Under the pieces are notes generated by a model that was not told the DNA's origin, searched no databases, and worked only from the letters and a program-made list of their open reading frames with translations. A stretch of 64,000 nucleotides of DNA, from IMG/VR virus record IMGVR_UViG_3300038849_000072, positions 500 to 64,499 of that record. One strand, given 5' to 3'. The translations under genes were made by a program, and so were the position numbers. Source of the DNA: a virus. Taxonomy: Duplodnaviria; Caudoviricetes. Below are positions 38,234 to 49,900 of the stretch, piece by piece (within the stretch, counting starts at the first letter, position 1; each line of letters opens with the position of its first letter).

Positions 38234-39400
38234 TCAATTATCTAACTCTCCTCTATCCTTTAGCGCTTGTGTTATCTTTTGCATGTCGGATTGTATTCTC
38301 TCTATCTTCTCTAATTTCGCGTTCAGTTGTTGGATCTCAGATTCTTTTTTGATATTATCAGACATAAGATACTGAAGAGAATGGCTCATCGATTCTCGTT
38401 CCGCTTTGATTTCAGGTAAGTTTTCAGCAGAATGCAGAGATATAGCATAATACGCTTTATCATACTCTTTCTTGAGTTGATCAACAGAATAACGGCGATA
38501 TGAACCGGATAAGTACCCTTCATGCCCCATTAACGCTTCTACCATTTCAGCAGGCATTACTGTTTTTAACTGACTGTGAAAGAATTTCCTGATAGAGTGG
38601 CTGGTAATCGTAGCCCATCCGGTATTCGGGTCACGTTCTAACAACCCTGCTTTTTCAAGTCCGTTAGTATAAACAACTTGTATAGTGTTGTTTGATGCAG
38701 GGATTATCCGAGTATCTCCCATATTCCGATGTTTCCCCATCCACCTACGAGACGATTGGTGTACCCAGGTATCCCGATACTCAAGCCATTCTTTCAAAGC
38801 GAATATTGCTTCATTCGATAAGAAAGTCACCCGTTCTTTTTGGTTCTTGGTAGTCGTCCTGCCTGCATTTGAACGCCGGACATACACGATCCCATCCTCA
38901 ATATCAACATCTTCAGGCTCTAATCCCAATACCTCTCCTATTCGCATCCCTGATGAGAGCTGCATCATCAATGCTACTCTACCAATCCGGGACAAATGCT
39001 CATACCATCGTTTGATCTCGTCGTGAGTCAGTATGTGATCCTGTGTCTGAACTCTCCGTTTCTCAATTGATGACTTCAAAAACTGTATTTGTGATTTCTT
39101 GAGACTGATATCGTTTAGATCCAACCAAAGAATCACGGTTGTTAAATGCAGGTTTTTAGGATTTGGTGCATATCCGGACAGGTATGTGATGAACTGCAAC
39201 AGGTTTGAGATGTGATCCTGTTCTGACTTGAGATACTCCAGGCTCAACTCATCCATCCGGGCAACATGATCAGCAGAACGAGAGTAACCCTCGTATTTCG
39301 TGCCGGATAAACACTCAAAGAACAGGCACAATGACTGACGGTATTGATGTTTGGTGCCCTGAGTTCTGCGTGAGTTGACAAACTGGAGGAGAGAGATCAT
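38234..39400 (-). CDS. int: Tyrosine integrase
   Basis: SSGMRIGE (R), KNQKER (K), HSIRKF (HxxR), LMGH...Y catalytic motifs. Confidence 0.92.
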   Translation of the reverse strand: MISLLQFVNSRRTQGTKHQYRQSLCLFFECLSGTKYEGYSRSADHVARMDELSLEYLKSEQDHISNLLQFITYLSGYAPNPKNLHLTTVILWLDLNDISLKKSQIQFLKSSIEKRRVQTQDHILTHDEIKRWYEHLSRIGRVALMMQLSSGMRIGEVLGLEPEDVDIEDGIVYVRRSNAGRTTTKNQKERVTFLSNEAIFALKEWLEYRDTWVHQSSRRWMGKHRNMGDTRIIPASNNTIQVVYTNGLEKAGLLERDPNTGWATITSHSIRKFFHSQLKTVMPAEMVEALMGHEGYLSGSYRRYSVDQLKKEYDKAYYAISLHSAENLPEIKAERESMSHSLQYLMSDNIKKESEIQQLNAKLEKIERIQSDMQKITQALKDRGELDN

Positions 39401-39426
39401 GAGTAGTCATTTGACATACTCATAAT

Positions 39427-39492
39427 TATGATCTTACACAGTCAACTCTGTAATGGTGCCATTCGTTACACTGCCCACTGTGTAAGATCATA
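39427..39492. repeat. Perfect 16-bp inverted repeat upstream of the integrase (attP or terminator candidate)
   Basis: TATGATCTTACACAGT (39427-39442) / ACTGTGTAAGATCATA (39477-39492), with a 34-nt partly self-complementary spacer. Confidence 0.8.
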
Positions 39493-39600
39493 TTTTTCAT
39501 TTCAGATACATCACCAAAGCGCCACGCTATACGATGTGAGCAATGACCATAGAAAGATAGGGGAGAGAAAAGATCTGCCAATACCGGCAGTCTATGAGTG

Positions 39601-40242
39601 TCAAAACCTACCGGCTTGTTTAATTTGTAATCCCCCGGTCACACATTGAGGTGTTGGAAAATTATATGTTGGAGACGGGGTATTTATCGACCCGTTTGAT
39701 GATGATGTGGATAGTTCGATACTAACGGTTCGGGTATATGTATCACGGGCCGGAATAATCTCTTCAATTCTACCTCCCCAATCAATATACTCAATCGGGA
39801 CTTTGAAATGAAGTGACATTTCACCCCTCCACGAAGATCCGGAATACTCCCAGAAATGTTGCCAGTAATGTGCAACCGGTTCACCATTATAATAATCGGT
39901 TCGTTCAACTGATCCCTGTTTCACAATCGTCTGACACAATGTCATCAAATTCGATTGTGATTCCTGCAACCATTCTTCAGGATATGCAGCAAGCCCCTCA
40001 ATCGTTTCGACAATCATTGCACTATCGTTCGCGTATATCCTCCGTGGGCGCAATGCATCAGGAGCTTTGCCTTTCTCGCATAAAACAATGCCCCATACAA
40101 ACCGGTCATGGTCAAACGCATCAGAAAACGGGTTAAAAGGCACGCATTGACCAATGCAATCTGAACCCTCTGATTCGGGAGTATATCCGACATACGCCAG
40201 TTGTCCCGGTTCCAACCCCGAATACACTGCTTCTGCGGGCAT
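39601..40242 (-). CDS. Putative minor tail/baseplate protein
   Basis: Last gene of the tail operon. Confidence 0.5.
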   Translation of the reverse strand: MPAEAVYSGLEPGQLAYVGYTPESEGSDCIGQCVPFNPFSDAFDHDRFVWGIVLCEKGKAPDALRPRRIYANDSAMIVETIEGLAAYPEEWLQESQSNLMTLCQTIVKQGSVERTDYYNGEPVAHYWQHFWEYSGSSWRGEMSLHFKVPIEYIDWGGRIEEIIPARDTYTRTVSIELSTSSSNGSINTPSPTYNFPTPQCVTGGLQIKQAGRF

Positions 40243-41723
40243 TATTTTTTAATCCTCTCACCCCATGCACGGGTCTGAACCAACCGGCCTGACGATCTCA
40301 ATTGTAGATTTGCATAGACTCTGCCAGGAGATAACGATTTTACCAACCCCATTTTGTTATTAATTACATTTCTCTCTATGGATTGTTTCAAGTATAAATT
40401 ATTACTCCGTAAATCGTCTTGAGTCTGCGCAAACTTGCGTGCTGCCTGCAATTCCACATCAGGGACTAATACCAGTCTGACAGTATCTCCACCGTCCCCA
40501 TCGTGCATGAACGAGTATTCTATCTCTGTAACTCTTAAAACCTCATGCGGGATAGAATCAGGGAACCCGTAAATAATCACCTTCTGATACAACTGGAAAT
40601 TATACAAATGATGCTGATCTAATAACAGGGATACCTCATACTGCCTGACATCAATCTCAAGATGATTCAGCAACTCATCCGCTTTTGCGTCTGTAATCTC
40701 CTGGCATTTATCATTCTCGGCCTTTGTCCCAAACGATATTCCCCCTGTCTGGTCCTGATACCCAGGAATGACGGTTATACACCCTGCGTTCTGCGTTTTC
40801 GGGTCCGTAATCTTTGCGCCCGTATCCGGATTGATGAATTCATCCGCCACCGGGTCAGGTAACAGAGACGATGACCGATATACCATAATTCTTGGCTTTT
40901 CAGTCCCATCTATCACAGACTGGCATCTCCGTTCTGCAAAAAACCACGCATTATCCTTTTTCCGGCACAATTCTACCCATATGACGTTTTTACTATCCGT
41001 CATATCTCTGGATGTAACCGGCCCAGGGTTGCCTACAAACCGATATATCGAAGCATCCAATACCAGCGGGGATTCAGGCAATCCAAGAAACTCGTCTATT
41101 TTATCAAAATCTATCAGGTATAGATAATGCTTTGGCGTTCCAAATTCGTTGAAAATCTTCTCAAAACAAACCCGGTCATAATCCTCTGCAATCTCCTGTA
41201 TGAGTTCGATAAACGGATGAGCATCATACGTATATTGCTTATCCATCGCGTATTTTGTTGTGTCACCCTCTTCTATCGTCTCTGGTTGTGCCGGAATCTC
41301 CTGCATCCATAACGTCAATCCAGGATCTAACAGGTTCCAGATACGATGCATATAGAGAAACGGGTTCTCATACGACTTTATTTCCCCTCCCCGGCTTTCG
41401 TTTTTTTCGTTTTTATCTGCTGCCGTATAGAGTTCGATTTTGCTTTGACGTTCACAGAGCGGTAATGGATTGTTCAGAAAAATAGCTCTTGAATACCCGG
41501 TTATCGTGGTTTTAATATCCGGGTAATCCTCATGGATTTCGTAACTCGTAGGAACGCAGCAAATTAACGGCTGATTCGTGTATTGATACTTATATTCGAG
41601 TATTTGAAATAATGGGATATTTGACGCATCCCCATCAACCTCTATCGAATACGTCCACATCACATCAGTTATACTCATACGTGCAGTTGCTGATATCCAA
41701 GGATAATCATTTAGATTAGCCAT
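40242..41723 (-). CDS. Putative baseplate hub/Tal-like tail protein
   Basis: Position after the Dit-like gene; C-terminal LYQKVIIYG...LRVTEIEYSF hub-like strand pattern. Confidence 0.5.
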   Translation of the reverse strand: MANLNDYPWISATARMSITDVMWTYSIEVDGDASNIPLFQILEYKYQYTNQPLICCVPTSYEIHEDYPDIKTTITGYSRAIFLNNPLPLCERQSKIELYTAADKNEKNESRGGEIKSYENPFLYMHRIWNLLDPGLTLWMQEIPAQPETIEEGDTTKYAMDKQYTYDAHPFIELIQEIAEDYDRVCFEKIFNEFGTPKHYLYLIDFDKIDEFLGLPESPLVLDASIYRFVGNPGPVTSRDMTDSKNVIWVELCRKKDNAWFFAERRCQSVIDGTEKPRIMVYRSSSLLPDPVADEFINPDTGAKITDPKTQNAGCITVIPGYQDQTGGISFGTKAENDKCQEITDAKADELLNHLEIDVRQYEVSLLLDQHHLYNFQLYQKVIIYGFPDSIPHEVLRVTEIEYSFMHDGDGGDTVRLVLVPDVELQAARKFAQTQDDLRSNNLYLKQSIERNVINNKMGLVKSLSPGRVYANLQLRSSGRLVQTRAWGERIKK

Positions 41724-43366
41724 TATGCAGTCTCCTGCTCAAAATCAACCGTCCACGTATAGAGTCTGGCTGTTCCATCTCCAATCTTCCGGGTGCCTGA
41801 CAAATTGGAAATATACATCGATGGATACATCTCCCCATCTACATATAACGGGTATTTATACGATATGTTTGAGTATAACTGATTCCATACGGTTTTACTA
41901 TTAGCCATGCACGTAAATGTAAATCGCCGTGCTGCAACCGTCCCGATACGTGCCACGGTTTTTCCGTTCTTCAATACAGTTCTTGATGATAGGATTTCAA
42001 CCGATTCTTCCCCTGATTCCGATGCATTCGGTAAAACGATACTATTCCATGATACTGATATCGGGTTTTCTCCTGCCCGCCTCGAAAACTCTATCGTATA
42101 TTTCCAGCAATACCCACCACCTCGAGGCTGCAATTTCGATAACGAGGAGATATAACAGTGCGGAATCTCTTTACCATTGATGTTCAGGGTTAGTTTTGAC
42201 CCCATCAGGCTCATGAGAGTTTCAACCTCACTCACCGATTCAGTGACGCATTGGACTGCATACCGGTGAGTAATCACAGGAATCGGAGTTGTTAAAGATA
42301 TTCCGGCAGACATATCAACCGAATATTCAGGGGATATATCATGCGAGTTAGGGAAAAACGGATTGGATAATGCCACGGTTCCGAACGTAACCGAATCAGA
42401 TGCATTGAAATGATACCATTGCAATTCAACAACGAAGATTTTAATCAATCCGCCGCCCTTCGGAGAATACGCAGTAACGTTTACTATTTTACATTTCTCC
42501 GTGTATTCTCCGTTTATTGTTGTGGTGATTGATTTGCCGATACGTGCCTCTAACTGACTGCCAAATTCACCGTGAAAATCTATGAATTCCACTATTCTCG
42601 AAGCAGAATAACCGATTGGTTCACTTACTCCGGCGTGAGCAAACGAATCATCTATAAACGGAGTCTTTTTCACTTCGCTGACAGATATGACCGTCGGCAG
42701 AGTCATTCCGTCAATAATGGCTTTATCTACAGATTCAAATTGATGACAGGTGAACTCTACATCCCATGCCCATCTCGCTAATCCTGGCCTTTTCTGTAGT
42801 TCTGATAGGTTTGATATGTATGCGTCTGCGTATGGAAATCCGTATACAGATAATGTTCTCCGAAGCCCGTATAATTCCTGTAATGCACCATACTCGGTAT
42901 AATCGTTCGTTTCAGCGGTTATGAAGATTTTCCGGGTGTATATCTTTGGCTCATTCACTCCGAACCGTGAAAACCGTTCATCTGATTCAACGGATACAGA
43001 ATCAGGGGTATTTCGTTTTGCGTGCGTAAATTTGAACTCCCCAAACTCCACGCTTTTTGTATCAGGAATCCCCGGAATAACCTTAATCATCATCGATGGA
43101 GCATAACAGGCAATATCAAACCGGCAATCGCCCCGGCCTATATCATACCTGATATTATCAGCATATGCACTGATTTGAGGTGATACCGTCACTCCTACAT
43201 ACGTTTTTGTGTGCTGAACATCATCCGCATACGCTGAAATGGGAACAGAGATTTTAATTGGAGTTATCAACGATGCCGGATTTGCATATACGTTGATATT
43301 CGGAACGGTTAATGTGAAAACTCCCCTTACATCAAACGATGACGTATGAATCGCTGTATCTGCCAT
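41723..43366 (-). CDS. Tail protein with four tandem ~110-aa Dit-like repeats
   Basis: Repeats end in YISNLS...W.VEF, KIVNVT...F.VEL, YISSLS...W.Y.IEF and YISNLS...W.VDF. Confidence 0.6.
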   Translation of the reverse strand: MADTAIHTSSFDVRGVFTLTVPNINVYANPASLITPIKISVPISAYADDVQHTKTYVGVTVSPQISAYADNIRYDIGRGDCRFDIACYAPSMMIKVIPGIPDTKSVEFGEFKFTHAKRNTPDSVSVESDERFSRFGVNEPKIYTRKIFITAETNDYTEYGALQELYGLRRTLSVYGFPYADAYISNLSELQKRPGLARWAWDVEFTCHQFESVDKAIIDGMTLPTVISVSEVKKTPFIDDSFAHAGVSEPIGYSASRIVEFIDFHGEFGSQLEARIGKSITTTINGEYTEKCKIVNVTAYSPKGGGLIKIFVVELQWYHFNASDSVTFGTVALSNPFFPNSHDISPEYSVDMSAGISLTTPIPVITHRYAVQCVTESVSEVETLMSLMGSKLTLNINGKEIPHCYISSLSKLQPRGGGYCWKYTIEFSRRAGENPISVSWNSIVLPNASESGEESVEILSSRTVLKNGKTVARIGTVAARRFTFTCMANSKTVWNQLYSNISYKYPLYVDGEMYPSMYISNLSGTRKIGDGTARLYTWTVDFEQETA

Positions 43367-43861
43367 TTATTCCCCTGATACCATCAGAGATATCTGAACG
43401 CCCCGCAAATACGCTGGTAACGTTTCAGTCCCTGTAATCGTTCTTTTAATCCATACCGGCTGTGATTCTCCTGTATAAATGTCACATAACAGGGACGTAT
43501 CAAAACTTTCATCCGCGGGTTTTGTTGTCATCGTATCATCTGCCGTCCCTGCTGCAATCGTGAGCGTAATCCTGCCTGATATGGATTCAGGTGGATTGAC
43601 AAGCACCGGGGTATAGGTCTTTGTCAGAACGTCAGATTCAGTCGCTTTGATAAACGCTTTCCGGTAATCCGTTAATCCTGCTACGTTTTCCGCTTCGGTG
43701 ATATCATCAAACAACGATGCGACCTCAATGGTTCCGATTGTCCCGCCGTGACTTGTTCCCTCGGTCCAATTCGCACATTTGAGCAGGATTAACCCTGAAA
43801 CCGACGTGATGAGGGTCTGATCAAACCCTTCCAAATCAAACTGACCCAGATCAAACTTCAT
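43367..43861 (-). CDS. Minor tail protein
   Basis: LFDDIT..EN..G..DYR and PVWIKRTI motifs; tail context. Confidence 0.55.
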   Translation of the reverse strand: MKFDLGQFDLEGFDQTLITSVSGLILLKCANWTEGTSHGGTIGTIEVASLFDDITEAENVAGLTDYRKAFIKATESDVLTKTYTPVLVNPPESISGRITLTIAAGTADDTMTTKPADESFDTSLLCDIYTGESQPVWIKRTITGTETLPAYLRGVQISLMVSGE

Positions 43862-44631
43862 ACGATCATCATCCCTGAATTCAGGATCGGACCACCTTTC
43901 CGGCTGATTGGAGTTAAATATCGAACGATAACAACACCTGAACCCCCAATACCAGTTCCTGATGTATATGACCCTCCAGCACCCCCGCCATAATCGTTTG
44001 TGCCGTTTTCTCCGGCTACCGTGGATGACATCCCCCCATTGCCCCCACCACCGGCACCCCCAAGTCCTTTTAGTGAGGTATTCGTTGAATTACTGCATAT
44101 TCCCCCACCGCCTCCACATCTCAAAACCCCATCGATCCCAGTGGTCCCGCTACATGGCGATGGGTTGTTTTCCGTTGATCCGGTTCCCTGTCCGGTTCCC
44201 CCACTATATGCTCCCGGTCCTCCGTTTCCCCCATTCGATCCTCCTGCACCTCCTAACGTTGATATCGATCTCCCCCCACCACCCGAGCCGCCGTTTGCGC
44301 CATTTTGTTCGGATGCTGCCTTTTTTCCACCAAGCGCCTGAATAGTTCCAAATGACGATGTCCCCCCATCACTATTTTGAGCCCCTGCACCAACAACGAT
44401 TTGGATATTGCCTGATACGTCTTGGTTAAACCTGGATACCATGTATCCCCCACCAGCACCGCCATAAAAATATGCTGGTCGGTTGCCCCCCCCTGCCCCT
44501 ACAACCGTTACATCTACCGTTCCAGGGCAATCGTTAGGAACAGTCCAAGACGTAGAACCGGCACCGGTGAACTTGTAATAGGTATAACCATCAGTTCCAA
44601 CCGAATATGGACCGGTTACGGTAACAGCCAT
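43858..44631 (-). CDS. Glycine-rich tail fibre/adhesin domain protein
   Basis: VVGAGGG...GAGGGY...IVVGAG...GGSGVVIVRY. Confidence 0.75.
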   Translation of the reverse strand: MAVTVTGPYSVGTDGYTYYKFTGAGSTSWTVPNDCPGTVDVTVVGAGGGNRPAYFYGGAGGGYMVSRFNQDVSGNIQIVVGAGAQNSDGGTSSFGTIQALGGKKAASEQNGANGGSGGGGRSISTLGGAGGSNGGNGGPGAYSGGTGQGTGSTENNPSPCSGTTGIDGVLRCGGGGGICSNSTNTSLKGLGGAGGGGNGGMSSTVAGENGTNDYGGGAGGSYTSGTGIGGSGVVIVRYLTPISRKGGPILNSGMMIV

Positions 44632-44636
44632 TTATA

Positions 44637-45149
44637 TCACTCCGGATGAGTTGGCCATACGATTGATTCAACCGATGAATAGGTATCAGGGATATCCCTC
44701 AAATCCTGCCGGTATTGTTTCCAGCCGTTCTTTTTGTCATCGGATAACGGAGCATCAGATACCTGCGTCCAATCGCAATCAGATAACAGATTATTCCTAA
44801 CTTTCCTGACTGCTTTCCACTGGTTGTCTGGAATACGTTTCTTCTCTTCAACCGATTCAAAAACCATCTGATTATACTGGATATCAACATCGTGATTATC
44901 AGATACGATCTGATCGTCCTGTGCCACTAATGCAGACAGTTCTGATTTTAATTTCTCAATCAGAGCCAACCAGTCCTGTTTTGTCCTGCCTTCTGGATGT
45001 TGTCTCACCCTGTTCAGTTCTTCATTTTTCGCGTATATCTGGTCGATAATCCGGTCCTTGTGACCAGGATGAGTTACCGATACCTGCGAATAGGCAATTT
45101 CACTTAATGCCTCATCGTATCTGGTTTGAATTTCTGCAGGAAATGTCAT
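44637..45149 (-). CDS. Tail fibre assembly chaperone-like protein
   Basis: WKAVRKVRNNLLSDCDWTQVSDAPL...W..YRQDLRDIP...WP. Confidence 0.8.
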   Translation of the reverse strand: MTFPAEIQTRYDEALSEIAYSQVSVTHPGHKDRIIDQIYAKNEELNRVRQHPEGRTKQDWLALIEKLKSELSALVAQDDQIVSDNHDVDIQYNQMVFESVEEKKRIPDNQWKAVRKVRNNLLSDCDWTQVSDAPLSDDKKNGWKQYRQDLRDIPDTYSSVESIVWPTHPE

Positions 45150-46396
45150 TATGCGTCCTCATATGCTTCGGTTGTGTATGTCAGATATACATCGGTCAAA
45201 ACTACATCAGCGGCGCTCGTATCGTCCCCCTTTCGGTATAGCCGGAATATTATCTCTTCTCCTCCAACTACTGTCAGCCCTGACGGCGCTTTTGCAGGAG
45301 TGAGAGCAGACGATACGGATGATAGTTTCAGCACGTTTGCAGCCACTCCAGACACATCAGTAGTGACCTCGACGGCCGTTCCCCATGCAGTATCAAGACT
45401 GCCAGCATTTCCAACTATGAGTGCCTGGAGCCCGAATATTACGTTTGTTGATGCAGCCGATTCTGATTTAAGAAAGAATCCGGTTCTGAACGTGAACCCG
45501 GCAGATGCCTTGTAATTCAGTGGCAATCTAAACCGCCATTGAGCATACGTGTCAGTAGCCCCTGCTGCAAACTTCGTCCCTGTCACTACCTGCTTATTCG
45601 TGCTCATTTCAACCGAATCAGACGCGGCTGCGTTTGCGGCAGGGTATTCTGCCGTGGAACCGAGCAATATCACCGTTCTCTTTGCATCGGTCGGCATTTG
45701 TGATGTTGTGAACTGTCCGGTGATTTGAGTCGGAACCAACCCGGTGACGGCTGAAGCATCAACGGCAGGGAGTTTGGCGCTTCCATCGAGCTGAACAAGA
45801 TTATTCGCTGCCGTTCCTACCGCTAATCCGTCTTTCAGAATCTTTTGAGTGCCTGACCACTGTGCAACCTTGTTTTCAGTCGTGGTTGCAGGTGCACCGG
45901 CTTTTGCTGCGATATCCGTCGTGTGCCCTGATATCGTGGATTCAGCGGTATCAAGACGCCCGTCAAGTGACGAAATGTCTGAAGTGTTCGTTCCGATACT
46001 GGTTGTATGCCCCGATACGGTTGATTCTGCCGATGATACGCGACTTGCCAAATCCTCTATGTTGTATTTGAACAGGTAATGATCATACGCGGAAAAATCC
46101 CGCTCGACTTTGGCACCAGCATCAAACGTCAATGCAGCATTGAGCGAATCGGTTGAAGCGTGCCCGTCTCCTGTCCTGGCAATCGTGACCGTGCCCTGAC
46201 CGCTGGAATTCGATTTGTTTGAATAGATACATCGTTCCCAATGGGTAGGACCGGTATAAATCCGGCAAATGCCCGTGCCATCAGGCAATACTCCCAGATC
46301 TGCTACTTCAATCAGCGTGGTTTCAGTCGTAATCGAAATGAGAGTTGTTGTTGATGGAGACCCGTCTTTTGCCGGATACATGGTTTTTTGTGCCAT
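45149..46396 (-). CDS. Tail fibre/spike protein
   Basis: Coiled-coil repeats (AESTVSGHTT / AESTISGHTT), a LVQLDGSAKLPAVDAS linker and a beta-rich C-terminus. Confidence 0.7.
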   Translation of the reverse strand: MAQKTMYPAKDGSPSTTTLISITTETTLIEVADLGVLPDGTGICRIYTGPTHWERCIYSNKSNSSGQGTVTIARTGDGHASTDSLNAALTFDAGAKVERDFSAYDHYLFKYNIEDLASRVSSAESTVSGHTTSIGTNTSDISSLDGRLDTAESTISGHTTDIAAKAGAPATTTENKVAQWSGTQKILKDGLAVGTAANNLVQLDGSAKLPAVDASAVTGLVPTQITGQFTTSQMPTDAKRTVILLGSTAEYPAANAAASDSVEMSTNKQVVTGTKFAAGATDTYAQWRFRLPLNYKASAGFTFRTGFFLKSESAASTNVIFGLQALIVGNAGSLDTAWGTAVEVTTDVSGVAANVLKLSSVSSALTPAKAPSGLTVVGGEEIIFRLYRKGDDTSAADVVLTDVYLTYTTEAYEDA

Positions 46397-46408
46397 GTTT
46401 CACTCCGG

Positions 46409-46780
46409 TTAAGCCGGTGGCCGTGAGAGTGTACACGTTCCCTCTACAATGAGGTTTCCGCCATTGTGGAAATAATCCGGGAACGTCCCTGATATCGGAA
46501 CGTATCGAGTCAGCATCACGTTGTTTGCATTCAGGAAACAGATAGATCTTACCTGTTTTGACCCTGTAAATTCAAATTGCGTGCTGATCGTAACCGTTCC
46601 GGTTGATGTGCTGTGTGAAGCGGTTGCCTGCTTCCGGTCATACCCATCCCCGGACAACTCGATCTGCGGTCCTGTCTGCGCCGTATTATACGCGGTATCG
46701 CTTCCATCGAGCGCTATGTTGTTAAATGCTAAATATGCCTTTGATAACTCTTTCAATCCTGCATCTGATATTTGGGACAT
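46409..46780 (-). CDS. Minor tail protein
   Basis: 123 aa, beta-rich; between the tape measure and fibre genes. Confidence 0.55.
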   Translation of the reverse strand: MSQISDAGLKELSKAYLAFNNIALDGSDTAYNTAQTGPQIELSGDGYDRKQATASHSTSTGTVTISTQFEFTGSKQVRSICFLNANNVMLTRYVPISGTFPDYFHNGGNLIVEGTCTLSRPPA

Positions 46781-46919
46781 GGTTTAACCTCCGATACAAT
46801 CATACCCTGATATTCTTCTTCCGATACTTCCCGCATGGCTGATTCATGCCATGGCCCGCCCGGATACTCCTGATACCGGATTTTAACGGTCATTTTTGGT
46901 TCTGGTGATGTAATTTCAA

Positions 46920-49900
46920 TCATATCGATCCTCGTGCGAAATAAGCCCGCCTCGCTGCTCTCGCAAACAATTTAGGCAGGTCTTTTGCAATTTCAGCGTT
47001 CCCGAACCGGGAATTGTTCATGTTCACGTTTAGTTGGATGTTTGCGCCTCCTTTCCCCATCCGTTCAACCTCGTTTCTGGATAGGATGTATTCCCCTTCG
47101 TGGACAAGTGCAGGACCGGTTTCAGTTACTTTGCCGCCGGATTCAAATGCAGAACCCCATCCACATGGAGACGGATTTCTCCATCCGGGTCTGAACCCCT
47201 CAAACATCTGCCGGTTGCCTGAATAGGTCATACCAGGCATGTAATTTGATGCAGAAATCGAATTCCCTGAATTTGAATACGATAAACTGTTTATTGCGGA
47301 GTTTGCTTGTGCTATTTTATCCGCTGCTACGTTCACGACCTTATTCATCGTTTCAACTGCTGCGTTTCCAGCCGCCTGGTATGCTGATGATAATAGATTT
47401 GTAGTTCCAACATTCGAGTATATTGAGTCTTGGAGCCGTGTATTCGCTTCAGTGAGCGAATCCACCTTTGCAGAACCCTCTTTCAGTCCGAGAATGACAT
47501 CAATATCCAGGTAAGACCTCTGAACCGGCTTCCCGGTTTTCGGATCAATCATCGATTCGTAACTCGAACTGGTAGCAGTTTTCCAGCCGTCAGATGCGAG
47601 TGAACTATTAAGTGCGTCTACCGCTGACGATTTTAAATTACTAATGAATGTAATCAGTGCAGTTGCAATATCCTGTAACGCCGGGGGCAATTTTGAGATA
47701 TCGCCTACGGTTTTTATTCCCGCATCACCAAGAGATTTGGTTGATTCAGTTAATGTGGATTGTATTTTCGAGGCTTCATCTGTTGTAAGGATGCCATCAT
47801 CCATGTATTTTGTATATAAGGACTGTGCTGCAGATGCCAACCTCACAGAGTTTTCCATTTCTGATGATTGTTTTGTTGATGTGGTTACAGTACGATTGTA
47901 TTTCCGGATCTCTGCTGATAAATCGTATATTACAGACTGTGTCGTTTTTGTAGATTGTTCAATGTCATTTGTGTAATCGCTGATTAATCGACCAAAATTA
48001 TCAATTACTTCTGCGTTTTTCGCATATTGTTTAATTCCTCCCTGTGATGATACCAGGGTATTAAATTCTGAATCAGAGGCATACGGGACTCTTCCCCGCA
48101 TTATGGCAGTCAATTCTGCATCAGTTAATGGAGAACCGGAACCGGAACGAGACTGTGAAGATTTACTTAAATTGAAATTAACTAGATTACTTATATCGAG
48201 TTTTGCAATTTTGCTCAAAGTATCGTTTGCACCGTCGGTGGTTTTCGTTAATTGGGTAACCGATTCGGATTGTTTTTTATGTTCATTATATAGTTTAATT
48301 AGTTCATCTGTGGAGATTCCTAACTCACTCGCCCATAATTTGAGTTGTCCACGCTCTTTTTCTGCTTCCACCTCCGAATATTTTTGATTGTCTTTTAATG
48401 ATTTGGAGATATCCGACGACGAATCGTATTTAGAGTTTATATTTCGGACATTTGCATCAGTTTCTTTCCTGATGTAATACTGATCCATTGACTCAAACAG
48501 AGTTTCATATTTTGATTTAAGTCGTTCTAATGCTTTCTGCTCATCGGTTTTGGCTTCGGTTGATTTTCTTGTTGCTGTTGTATTGTCTGAAGTCGCCTTA
48601 GTATTATCTGATTGAGATGGTTGGGAACCACTAGATGATTGTGATGCAATGCGTTTATCATTATTATAGGCTGCAAGTGCAGTATCTACTGACGCCCCTT
48701 TGTTCTGGAGCATATATTGCGATTGATAGGTATCCCAATCAGAGAATTTTTTATATAGTGCACTAACCTGTTCTGTATTTTTGGTATTGGATTCTGTATT
48801 TTTATTCTGTGCATCAGTATTCTGATTGACGGTTTTATTGTCTGGGGTGGTTTGTGTTCCTCGAACATCATTTATGTTCTTACCCGTTCCGCCGCCTTCG
48901 TTGCTGATCCACTGTGTATCAGGGGACAATGTAGATACGTCTGGCCCCATCATCTGAACCATTATCGGGGCGTTCTCGATTTGAGACTTGTAATCCAGGT
49001 ATATTTCATACGCGGATCGCATATCGTTCTCATAATCGTTCAACTCCATCATGATTTTGACGGGGTTATCTATAATCGGAGTTAAAACGCCGTTCTCGTA
49101 TGCGTAGAAGATTGAACCGTCTTCAAACTGTACCGGTTTGAAATCCAGTTGTTGCATTACATTAGCAGCACCCCCGGCCTTCTCTGCAAGCTCAGGATAT
49201 TTGGCTGCGAATGCATCCATGTCAGATATGAACTGACTATAATCACCAGACTTCTTTAACGATTCAGTCCATTTCTCTAACGATTGCCCGCTCTTCTCAA
49301 ATGCATCCTGCCATTTACTCATGGCATTATTCAGATCAGCTGACGATTTGTCTGCGAACGTTTTTACTTCAGTCCCTGCATTCTGCAGGCTTTTAGCCAC
49401 TGCACGTTCAAACTTTTCAATTTCATCAGAAGTTTTCTTATACTTTTCAGGATTGAAATATCCATCTAGGATGTTTCCAGATTCCCCCCCTAATACAGAT
49501 GCAGCCCCCCCAAACGGATTTGAGATGAGAGTAATCATATCCAGAGCTGGTTGTAATTTGGAGGTTAGTGAATCAACTCCATCGAGCAATTTCCCTGCAT
49601 CGATTTTACCATTAGTATAGAACGAATCTTTGAATTTACCGGCTGCATCTGCAGCAGCCCCCTCCCAATCACCATTTCGTAACGATTCAGAGAATGATTT
49701 AGCAAACGCAGCATCATTTATAGCGAACTGTTCAAATGCAGCCCCGGCACTAGCCAAAGCCCCATCAACCATTTCGCGAAGAGCAGCACCAAAGCCCCCG
49801 CTCATATCACCAATTGCAACACGCATTTGTGAATCTAATTCATACGCGAATACAGCTGCATCAGGAATGCCTTTAACAATGAGATCCTTTGCGGTTGCGA

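Noticed and set aside
43962-44345. Pro/His-rich + strand ORFs
   Set aside because: They are the reverse-complement artefact of GGN codons in the glycine-rich tail gene.
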